From: an uncultured Chloroflexia bacterium
GTDB taxonomy: Bacteria > Chloroflexota > Dehalococcoidia > UBA2979
Direction: 5' to 3'
DNA: 64,000 nt
Assembly (NCBI GenBank): GCA_963728205.1
Contig: CAVSIV010000001.1
Coordinates: forward strand, 608,001-672,000
Below the pieces are notes generated by a model that was given only the letters and a program-made list of their open reading frames with translations, did not search any database and was not told where the DNA came from. Position numbers and translations under genes: made by a program. This document shows positions 56,550 to 64,000 of this stretch, piece by piece (position 1 is the stretch's first letter; every line of letters begins with the position of its first letter).

Positions 56550-57107
56550 TCAGGGCGCGAGCGGGAGCCGGTGGCCGAGGATCTCGTACGGCTCGTCGTG
56601 TTCCGAGAAGCGCAGCGCCGGGCACAGCGTCACCCAGCCGCGAGCGGCGTAGAACGCGCGCGCGTCGGTGCTTGCCGTGCGCGTCGACAGCACGGCCGTC
56701 CGCCGCGCGACGCCGTCGAGCAGCGACGTGAGCAGCGCCGAGCCGAGGCCGCGGCTCTGCAGCGCGGGCAGGACATGGAGCTCGACGACCTCGAACGCGT
56801 CGTCGAGCCACTCGGCGGCCTGCGCCTGCGTCAGCGCGCCGGCCACGATGTCGTGCCACCACTCGCCGGGCGTGCCGCGATAGCCGTAGGCGAAGCCGAC
56901 GAGCGTGCCGTCCGCGTCCGCGACGGCGGCGCAGGCGCGGAGGGCGTCGCGTGCGACGTGGCGTTCCAGCACCTCGCGGAACGAGCGCCGTGAGATGGGG
57001 TCGGTCGGCTCGCCCAGTGCGGCTGCCTTCACGTCGAACACCGCGTCGGCGCGCGCGAGCAGCCCCGCCGCGTCGAGTCGCTCCAGCCGCCACTCGGTCC
57101 CGGTCAT
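56550..57107 (-). CDS. GNAT family N-acetyltransferase
   Basis: LVGFAYG, ELHVLPALQSRGLG, ARAFYAARGW; ATG at 57107. Confidence 0.9.
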   Translation of the reverse strand: MTGTEWRLERLDAAGLLARADAVFDVKAAALGEPTDPISRRSFREVLERHVARDALRACAAVADADGTLVGFAYGYRGTPGEWWHDIVAGALTQAQAAEWLDDAFEVVELHVLPALQSRGLGSALLTSLLDGVARRTAVLSTRTASTDARAFYAARGWVTLCPALRFSEHDEPYEILGHRLPLAP

Positions 57108-57183
57108 CGCGCGCTCCCCGGACGCCTGCGCCGCGCGAGGCGGTCGCACCAGGCGGCTATCATCGGCCGAGATCGGAGCCCCC

Positions 57184-58251
57184 ATGAGCCAGCCCGCCCC
57201 GCCCGCTCGTCGCTCGCGCGAATTTCCGCCCATCTTCGACGGCCACGAGGACTTCATCTACTCGATCCTGCACCCGCGCGACACCCCGTCGAGCCTGACG
57301 CACCCCCGGCAGCGGCGCGACTTCCTCGCGGACGGCTCCGCCGATGACGACGCCCCGCCGTTCGGTCACGTCGACGTGCCGCGCGCGCTGCGCGGCGGCC
57401 TCGGCGGCAGCTTCACCTCGATCTACCTCACGACCGAGGAAGCCGACATCGACCCGCTCGCGCACGCGATGCGCTGCCTTGATGAGCTGCTGCGGATCGT
57501 CGACCGCTCGGGGGGCGGCGTGCGGCTCTGCCGGACGGCCGCCGAGGTCGAGGCGGCGTTCGACGCCGACGCCTTCGCCTCCGTGATCGCGTTCGAGGGC
57601 GCCGACCCGATCTCGATGAGCCTGAAGGAGTTGCGGGTCTTCTACGAGGTCGGCCTGCGCTGCCTCGCGCCGACCTGGAGCCGCTCGACGATCTTCGCGC
57701 ACGGCGTCGCGTTCTCCGGCAGCCTGCCCGACGCCGGGCTCACCGAGAAGGGGCGCGAGCTGGTCGCGGAGTGCAACCGACTGGGCATCGTGCTCGACGT
57801 GTCGCACATCAACCGCGCCGGCTTCCGGGACATGCTCGAGGCGTCGAGCCGCCCGGTGATCGCGACACACTCGAGCGTGCAGGCGATCGCGCCGCACGTG
57901 CGCAACCTGGACGACGCGCAGATCCGCGCGCTCGCCGAGCAGGGCGGCACGATGGGCATCAACTTCTCGAACGCCTTTCTGCGCCCGGACATGAACGCCG
58001 ACGGTGCGAACGACACGCCGCTCGACGTGCTGCTCGACCACTTCGACCACGTGGTGAACCTCGTCGGCGACGAGCATGTCTCGTTCGGCACGGACTTCGA
58101 CGGCACGGATGTGCCGTCGGCGGTGCGCGACGCCGCGGGTCTGCCGGTGGTGCTGCGCGGCCTGCAGGCGCGTGGCTACTCCGACGACGCGCTCGACCGC
58201 ATCTGCCACGGCAACTTCCTGCGCGCCGCGCGCGAAAGCTGGGGCGCGTAG
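57184..58251 (+). CDS. Membrane dipeptidase (peptidase M19) family protein
   Basis: FDGHED, FEGA, LDVSH, ATHS, RNL, FGTDFDG, GNFLR; ATG at 57184. Confidence 0.93.
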   Translation: MSQPAPPARRSREFPPIFDGHEDFIYSILHPRDTPSSLTHPRQRRDFLADGSADDDAPPFGHVDVPRALRGGLGGSFTSIYLTTEEADIDPLAHAMRCLDELLRIVDRSGGGVRLCRTAAEVEAAFDADAFASVIAFEGADPISMSLKELRVFYEVGLRCLAPTWSRSTIFAHGVAFSGSLPDAGLTEKGRELVAECNRLGIVLDVSHINRAGFRDMLEASSRPVIATHSSVQAIAPHVRNLDDAQIRALAEQGGTMGINFSNAFLRPDMNADGANDTPLDVLLDHFDHVVNLVGDEHVSFGTDFDGTDVPSAVRDAAGLPVVLRGLQARGYSDDALDRICHGNFLRAARESWGA

Positions 58252-58296
58252 GTCAACGGGGGGTTGTTGGAGCCGCGCCCGGTGAAGGCGCAGGTT

Positions 58297-58665
58297 TCAG
58301 CATGGAGACGACGACCGGCGCCTTGACCGACCGCCGCTCGAAGCCGGCTCGTCGCTCACTCGGCGCGGAATCTCGTAGCGGCGCAGCCGGCTTCCGGCCG
58401 CGGCGCTCGCGTCTTCCTCGATCTCGATGTGCTGTCCGGCGCGCAGGCCGGGCCACCGGATGCGGTAGTGCTCGTGCGGGAGCTCCGGGCCGCGGCAGGT
58501 GCACGGCTCGGCCTCGATGCGCGCACGGCAGGAGGCGCCGCCCGTCGCGAGCGTGAACGGGTCACCGGGACGTGGAAACAGGCCGAGGTCGCGCTTGAGG
58601 ATGAGCAGGTAGCCTTCGCGCGCCTCCTCGGAGGAGATGCGGCGCCGGTAACTGCGATGCGCCAT
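58297..58665 (-). CDS. Small hypothetical protein with CxC...HxH putative metal-binding motif
   Basis: MAHRSYRRRISSEEAREGYLLILK...PCTCRGPELPHEHY; GGAGGGG upstream of ATG at 58665. Confidence 0.7.
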   Translation of the reverse strand: MAHRSYRRRISSEEAREGYLLILKRDLGLFPRPGDPFTLATGGASCRARIEAEPCTCRGPELPHEHYRIRWPGLRAGQHIEIEEDASAAAGSRLRRYEIPRRVSDEPASSGGRSRRRSSSPC

Positions 58666-58757
58666 CTCTCGACCCCCTCCGCCGCGCAACGCAGGGAATT
58701 GTACGCCGCGCCCGATCGCGGTTCCGCTCACGCCGCGTCGGCGCGAAGATCGGACGC

Positions 58758-59318
58758 ATGACAAACACGCAGCCGTTCGCGCAGCCCGGCGGCGCGCCGC
58801 CGCTCGACGATCGCCTCGACCGCCGCGACGCCGCGCTGATCGCCGCGCGTCCCGACGTCGTCGCCGTCCACATCAACGACTCGCGCTGGTGGCAGAACGC
58901 ATCCTTCGCGCTGCCGCTGCTCGTGTGCCTGGTGTCGCTCGCGCTGGGCGCGCTGCTGCGGAGCCCGGAGGCAATCGGCTTCGGGCTCTTCCTCGCGGTC
59001 GTGACGGCGATCATGGTGCCGGTGGTGATGTTGACGTGGCGCTCGACCGCAACCGCCGTCGTGCTGACGACGGGCGGCGCGCTGTCGCTCCACCACGGCC
59101 TGGTGTTGCACGAGCTGCGCTGGCCCGAGCTGCGGCGCATCGAGCGGGTCGAGTATCTCGGCAACACCCGGCACAAGCTCGTGCACGGCGACGGCGAGGA
59201 GGAGCGCTTCATGTCGATCGAGAGCGAGATCGAGCACGCCGACGACCTCGTCGATCGTGCCTTTGCGCTGTCGGGGCTGGAACGCGGCCGGCAGGAAGCG
59301 CCCGGCAGCGGTGCCTGA
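58758..59318 (+). CDS. Two-TM membrane protein with PH-like C-terminal domain
   Basis: Two hydrophobic helices then beta-rich LRWPELRRIE segment typical of bacterial PH domains. Confidence 0.65.
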   Translation: MTNTQPFAQPGGAPPLDDRLDRRDAALIAARPDVVAVHINDSRWWQNASFALPLLVCLVSLALGALLRSPEAIGFGLFLAVVTAIMVPVVMLTWRSTATAVVLTTGGALSLHHGLVLHELRWPELRRIERVEYLGNTRHKLVHGDGEEERFMSIESEIEHADDLVDRAFALSGLERGRQEAPGSGA

Positions 59319-59805
59319 CGGCGAGCGCGACGTCGCGGCGGAGGTGCGGGCGCACCTCGACGCGCTCGGCGCGCCGTACGAGGTGCTCGCGTGCGATCCG
59401 GACCTCGCCGACACGGTGAACTTCTCGGCGCACTACGGCATCCCGATGGAGCAGTCCGCGAACTGCATCATCGTCGGCTCGAAGCGCGAGCCGCGGCGCT
59501 ACGCCGCGTGCCTTGCGCTGGCGACGACGCGCGTCGACGTGAACAAGACCGTGAAGGCGCTGATGGGCGCGGGCAAGCTCTCGTTCGCGCCGCCCGAGGA
59601 GACGACCGCGCTGACCGGGATGCTGATCGGCGGCGTCACGCCGTTCGCGCTGCCGCCGGACGTGCCGCTGTACATCGACCGGCGCGTGATGGAGGCAGAG
59701 CGGGTGTGGGTGGGGGGCGGGAGCCGGTCGCAGAAGATCGCGATCGCGCCCGGCGTGCTGCAGCGTCTGCCCCGCGCGCAGGTGGTCGATGGGCTCGCGT
59801 ACTAG
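59311..59805 (+). CDS. YbaK/EbsC (aminoacyl-tRNA editing) family protein
   Basis: SFA..EET..LTGMLIGGVTPF, VGGGSR; GTG at 59311. Confidence 0.88.
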   Translation: MPDGERDVAAEVRAHLDALGAPYEVLACDPDLADTVNFSAHYGIPMEQSANCIIVGSKREPRRYAACLALATTRVDVNKTVKALMGAGKLSFAPPEETTALTGMLIGGVTPFALPPDVPLYIDRRVMEAERVWVGGGSRSQKIAIAPGVLQRLPRAQVVDGLAY

Positions 59806-59868
59806 CGGTGGCGACCCCGTCGCTGGCGGCACGCTGCGTCGAACGGCGCTGATGCGCCGGCAGTGCGC

Positions 59869-60264
59869 TCAGTTCTCGCGGGGGTGTGACGTGCGGTGGA
59901 GCAGCTGCTCGACCTCGCGCACCGCGGCGCGCGCCTCGTCATGAGCGGCGGCTTCCGTCGATCGCGCCGCGAACGGGGTCGCGACGCCGGACCACACGCG
60001 GTAACCCAGCGCGAGCCCGCCGGCGAGTCCCACGGACAGCCCGACCCAGAACGCCAGCCAGGTCGCCGCGCCGACGATCAGGCCGTGCACGCCGCTGCCG
60101 ACGCCACCGAAATGGCCGATCAGCGCGACGCCGCCAGCGAAGATGCCGACGGCGACGAGGCCGGCGATGACGCCCAGTCCGAGCGCGAAGACCAGCGCGG
60201 GCCGAGCCCCGGCGACCTCGTCGTCATGGCGCGTCGGGCGGCGTCGCTTGAATTCGAACTGCAT
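59869..60264 (-). CDS. Hypothetical two-TM membrane protein
   Basis: MQFEFKRRR... two long Gly-rich hydrophobic segments. Confidence 0.65.
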   Translation of the reverse strand: MQFEFKRRRPTRHDDEVAGARPALVFALGLGVIAGLVAVGIFAGGVALIGHFGGVGSGVHGLIVGAATWLAFWVGLSVGLAGGLALGYRVWSGVATPFAARSTEAAAHDEARAAVREVEQLLHRTSHPREN

Positions 60265-60399
60265 GCCTTGAGGATACCGCCGGTGCAATCGCCTCCTTGA
60301 GGCGATCGTCACGAAATCCCGTGACCGGTGGGCGTCGCCGGGCGTGCAGCCGTCGGCCGATCTGCGTACGGTTCTGCCGCGGCAGGTCAGCAGGGCCGC

Positions 60400-61416
60400 T
60401 CAGGCCGGCGCAGGGGCATCCTCGCGGGGCAGACCGAAGGCGTCTGCGACGAGCTCATAGGATCGCACCCGCGCAGCGAATTCGTACGTGATCGTGAGCA
60501 ACACGAGTTCGTCAACGGCGTGCTCGGTTGCAAGGTCGTTGAGACGCGCGCGCACCTGTTCCGGGGAGCCGATGGCCGAGCGCGGGCGGCTGTATTCGAT
60601 GTACTCGCGCTCGGGCGCCGAGTACTCGAAGGCCAGCGCGGTCTCCACCGATGGGATGCCGCCGTGACGGAAGCGCCAGCAGTAGCGGCTCCAGGAGAGG
60701 CGGATGGCCTCGTCCTCGGTCGGCGCGCATAGCGTCGAGACGCCGAGCGAGACGCGCGGGGCGTCGTACCACGGCGAGGGCCGGAAGACCTTGCGGTAGA
60801 TCTCCACGGAGCGGGCGGTGGTCTCGGGATTGATGAAGTGGGCGTGCGAGTACGGCAGGCCGAGCTCGCCGGCGAGCATCGCGCTCTCCGACGACGAGCC
60901 GAGCAGCCAGAGGTCGGGCATGGTGTCGCCGCGCGGCGTGGCGTGAACGTCGTGGAACGGGTGGTCGGGCGGGATCTCGTCGGCGAGGTAGCCGGCCAGG
61001 TCGAGCACCTGCTGCGGGTAGTGCTCGAGGCTGAGGCGGCCCGGGCCCAGCGCGAGGGCGTCATCGGCGAGCCGGCCGCTCCCCGGAGCGCGGCCGAGCC
61101 CGAGGTCGATGCGGCCGGGGAAGAGCGCCTCGAGGGTGCGGAAGACCTCGGCAACCTTGTACGGCGAGTAGTGCGTGAGCATGACGCCGCCGGAGCCGAC
61201 CCGCAGGCGTCGGGTCTGGCCGGCGACATGCGTGATCAGCACCTCCGGCGCCGACGAGGCGAGCCCGCTGCTTGCGTGGTGCTCCGCGAACCAGAAGCGG
61301 TGGTAGCCCAGCCGGTCTACGGCGCGTGCGAGCTCGACGCTCTCGCGCAGCGCCTGCTCCGCCGTCCCGCCCTCGCGGATCGGCGACTGGTCCAGGACGC
61401 CGAGACGGATCGCCAT
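60400..61416 (-). CDS. LLM class flavin-dependent oxidoreductase (luciferase-like)
   Basis: LDQSP, WFAEHH, RVGSGGVML, PGRIDLGLGRAPG, WLLGSS. Confidence 0.95.
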   Translation of the reverse strand: MAIRLGVLDQSPIREGGTAEQALRESVELARAVDRLGYHRFWFAEHHASSGLASSAPEVLITHVAGQTRRLRVGSGGVMLTHYSPYKVAEVFRTLEALFPGRIDLGLGRAPGSGRLADDALALGPGRLSLEHYPQQVLDLAGYLADEIPPDHPFHDVHATPRGDTMPDLWLLGSSSESAMLAGELGLPYSHAHFINPETTARSVEIYRKVFRPSPWYDAPRVSLGVSTLCAPTEDEAIRLSWSRYCWRFRHGGIPSVETALAFEYSAPEREYIEYSRPRSAIGSPEQVRARLNDLATEHAVDELVLLTITYEFAARVRSYELVADAFGLPREDAPAPA

Positions 61417-61555
61417 GCGTGGACCCTCCTGCGCGCCGCGATCCTACCGCGGCAGCCTCGTGGGGAGGGCCCGTCACGGCGCACCGCCCCCGGGACGCGG
61501 AAGGGTGGCGCCGTTGCTCGCGGCCGCCTCACGCCGACGGCGCGCACCGTCCGCG

Positions 61556-62659
61556 CTATGCGGGCGGTGCGCCGATCGGTTCCCCGTGCCAGCGCAGGAT
61601 GCGCTGGGCGGGCGGCGGAAAGAACGTGCGCAGGCCGGCGAGGATCGCCTCGCGGCGCTCCCGCTGCGCGTCGTACGGCGCGTCGAGCCGCACGTCGTCG
61701 ACGTCGAACGGGTTGATGCCCCAGCGCCCGAACGCCGCGCCGGCGAAGCGGCCGTCGACCACCACGTACGCGAGGACGCCGCTGCGGCCGTAGCGCCGCG
61801 CAAGCTCGCGCCGGTGCGCGAGCACGAGCGCGTCCTGCGGGTCGAGCACCGCCTCGAACCGCTCGCCGGCCCCCGCGCGGGCGGCGGCGGCCGCCGCGCC
61901 GGGCGCCAGCCAGGCGTCGCCCACGCCGTCGATCGCTGCCGCCTCCGCGCGCCCCGCCGCCGCCAGGCGCGCGAGGCTCGCGCGCGTCGCGGCGACGCCG
62001 AAGCCGCCGCGATCGACCAGCCGCTCGGTGGTCGCGAACGCGAGCACCTCGAGCGCCCGTGCCAGCACCTCGTCGATCGCCTCCTCGCGCGCGAGGGCGG
62101 CGGCCGCGACCGCCGGGTGCTCGTCGGCGAGCAGCGTCCACGCGTTGTCCCACTCCGTCTCGTACTGCAGCTCGGTCAGCAGGAACGCGCGCTGCAGCTC
62201 GATCAACGCGGCCGACAGCCGCCGGCCGGGCATCTCGAGCAGCGCCTTCAGGTCGGAGCGCACCGTCGGCCCCTCCGACTCGATCAACTCGAGCACCGCG
62301 CGCGCCTCCGGCGACAGCCGGTCGGCCGGCCGCCGGTACGCGGCCGCATACACGGGGAGGTCCTCGGCGACGACGTACGCGATCATCCCGCCGGCGAAGC
62401 GCCCCTTCACGATCGCGCCGCGGCGCCGCAGGTCCTCGCTCGCCGGCAGGTCGTCGAACGTGACGCGCGGCGCGAGCTGCGGCGGTGTGCCGGGGAACGT
62501 GAACGACCGCGGCGCGACCGGCTGCAGCGCGCGCAGCGCGGCCAGCAGCCCCCGCGAATCGCGCAGCCGCGTCGACGGCGCGAGGTGCTGGCGGCGCGCG
62601 CGCTCGCCGAGCAGCGCGTCGAGGTCGGGAACGGCAGGGCGGCGGCCGGCGCGAGACAT
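61556..62659 (-). CDS. Winged-helix protein, divergent AlkZ/YcaQ-like (HTH_42) DNA glycosylase family
   Basis: N-terminal RQHL..LQ, wHTH region (EGPTVRSDL), LDPQDALV, VVVDGRFAG..GRW; ATG at 62659. Confidence 0.65.
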   Translation of the reverse strand: MSRAGRRPAVPDLDALLGERARRQHLAPSTRLRDSRGLLAALRALQPVAPRSFTFPGTPPQLAPRVTFDDLPASEDLRRRGAIVKGRFAGGMIAYVVAEDLPVYAAAYRRPADRLSPEARAVLELIESEGPTVRSDLKALLEMPGRRLSAALIELQRAFLLTELQYETEWDNAWTLLADEHPAVAAAALAREEAIDEVLARALEVLAFATTERLVDRGGFGVAATRASLARLAAAGRAEAAAIDGVGDAWLAPGAAAAAARAGAGERFEAVLDPQDALVLAHRRELARRYGRSGVLAYVVVDGRFAGAAFGRWGINPFDVDDVRLDAPYDAQRERREAILAGLRTFFPPPAQRILRWHGEPIGAPPA

Positions 62660-62807
62660 CGCGGGCAGCTTAGGGCAGGTACGCACAGACTCCAGCGCCG
62701 CGCGCACAACTTCGCGCACGCCCGACCTTGGACCTCTGGCGAGGCTTCGTATGGTGAAGAGAGAGATTGTGAAACAGGGCACGAACCAGGAGATGGAGGC
62801 GGATGGC

Positions 62808-63374
62808 ATGACCCGGGTCGTTCGACCGGAGCTCGTCCACCGCATCGCGCGGACGCCGTCCGACGTGATCAGGGCCGCGATGCGCGAGCTGCCGTACGGC
62901 ATGTACGTGGTCGGCTCGCGGCTCGAGGACGGGCCGAACGCGATGATCGCGGACTGGGTGATGCAGGTCTCGTTCACGCCGCGGCTGGTCGCGGTGGCGC
63001 TGGAGCGCGATGCGACCACGCTGCGCTGCATCCGCGAGCACGGCGCGTTCACCGTCAACCTGCTGCAGGAGCAGGACAATGGCATGGCGCTGGCGGCGCG
63101 CTTCCTGCAGCCCCACGACGCATCGAAGATCCGCGGGCGCAGCGAGCTGGCGGCGGCGCGCACCTACGACAAGCTCGCCGGCGTCGAGTACACGCTTGGG
63201 CGCTGCGGCTGCCCGATCCTCTGTGACGCGCTCGCCTGGCTCGACTGCGAGGCGCGCGACTTCGTCGCCGTCGGCGACCACGTCCTCGTCACCGGCGAGG
63301 TCTGCGACGGCGACGTGACCGGCCGCGGGACGCCGCTCACGTCGACCTACACCGGCTGGAGCTACAGCGGCTGA
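62808..63374 (+). CDS. Flavin reductase family protein
   Basis: LPYGMYVVG, NAMIADWVMQVSFTP, CPIL, GDHVLVTGEV; start 62808 (or 62793). Confidence 0.9.
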   Translation: MTRVVRPELVHRIARTPSDVIRAAMRELPYGMYVVGSRLEDGPNAMIADWVMQVSFTPRLVAVALERDATTLRCIREHGAFTVNLLQEQDNGMALAARFLQPHDASKIRGRSELAAARTYDKLAGVEYTLGRCGCPILCDALAWLDCEARDFVAVGDHVLVTGEVCDGDVTGRGTPLTSTYTGWSYSG

Positions 63375-63443
63375 CGGCACACGGGGGCCGACCTCGCCGG
63401 CGGGCGGTATCGTGATCGCCGGAAGACAGAGAGGTGGCCCCCG

Positions 63444-64000
63444 ATGCCCGAGTCGTCCCCGAAGGGCGTCCCCGACCGCGTCACGCGCACGCACGACGAC
63501 ATCGTCGCGGAGGCGACGCACGAGCTGCCGTACGGCATCTACGTGATCGGCTCGAACGACCACGGCAAGCCGAACGCGATGATCGCGGACTGGGTGATGC
63601 AGGTGTCGTTCCGCCCGCGCCTGCTCGCCGTGGCGATGGAGCGTGACTCGACGACGCTGGCGAACGTGCGCGAGGAGCGCGTGTTCACCGTGAACCTGCT
63701 CAAGCAGGAGGGGAACGGCATGGCGCTCGCGGCCGGCTTCGTGCAGCCGCAGCACGGCGCGAAGGTGCGCGGCCGCAGCGCGGCCGAGGCGGCGCGCGAG
63801 CACGACAAGCTCGCCGGCGTCGACCACGAGCTGACCGAGGGCGGCTGCCCCATCCTCTCCGACGCGCTCGCCTGGTTGAGCTGCGAGCTCGAGGCCGAGC
63901 ACGAGGTGGGCGATCACGTGCTGGTGATCGGTCGCGTCGTCGACGGCGAGGTGATCGGCCAGGGCGAGCCGCTGACGTCGACCTTCACCGGCTGGGTGTA
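63444..64000 (+). CDS. Flavin reductase family protein (tandem paralog), truncated by window end
   Basis: Manual translation MPESSPKG...LPYGIYVIG...NAMIADWVMQVSFRP...GDHVLVIG. Confidence 0.9.
   Translation, partial: MPESSPKGVPDRVTRTHDDIVAEATHELPYGIYVIGSNDHGKPNAMIADWVMQVSFRPRLLAVAMERDSTTLANVREERVFTVNLLKQEGNGMALAAGFVQPQHGAKVRGRSAAEAAREHDKLAGVDHELTEGGCPILSDALAWLSCELEAEHEVGDHVLVIGRVVDGEVIGQGEPLTSTFTGWV

Overview
Very GC-rich bacterial chromosomal window with no rRNA, tRNA, CRISPR array, integrase or transposase that I could see. Gene content and style suggest an aerobic Chloroflexota (Dehalococcoidia/Tepidiformia-like) organism; this is an inference. The first ~13.7 kb is a respiratory cluster: a minus-strand System I cytochrome c maturation operon (TlpA-ccmE-F-H-I-like-unknown secreted protein-ccmA-B-C-D-ctaA) divergent from a caa3-type oxidase operon whose subunit IV is fused to a blue-copper domain, plus ctaG. 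It is followed by an intact-looking pair of catalytically degenerate enzymes (DegT-like without the PLP lysine, ROK-like without catalytic motifs), DUF2520 plus a divergent folP, a Ku-LigD-GrpB NHEJ locus preceded by a small gene with a LexA-type box, a molybdenum hydroxylase operon with a phage-like orphan and MoaD, and many catabolic, redox and transport genes (3 P450s, CoA transferase, a frameshifted enoyl-CoA hydratase, LLM, tandem flavin reductases, ABC exporters, peptidases). A dispersed ~24-bp REP-like palindrome occurs at four intergenic sites. Many starts were re-picked by hand because the ORF track is inflated by high-GC extensions and antisense shadow ORFs. All family calls come from motif recognition, not database searches.
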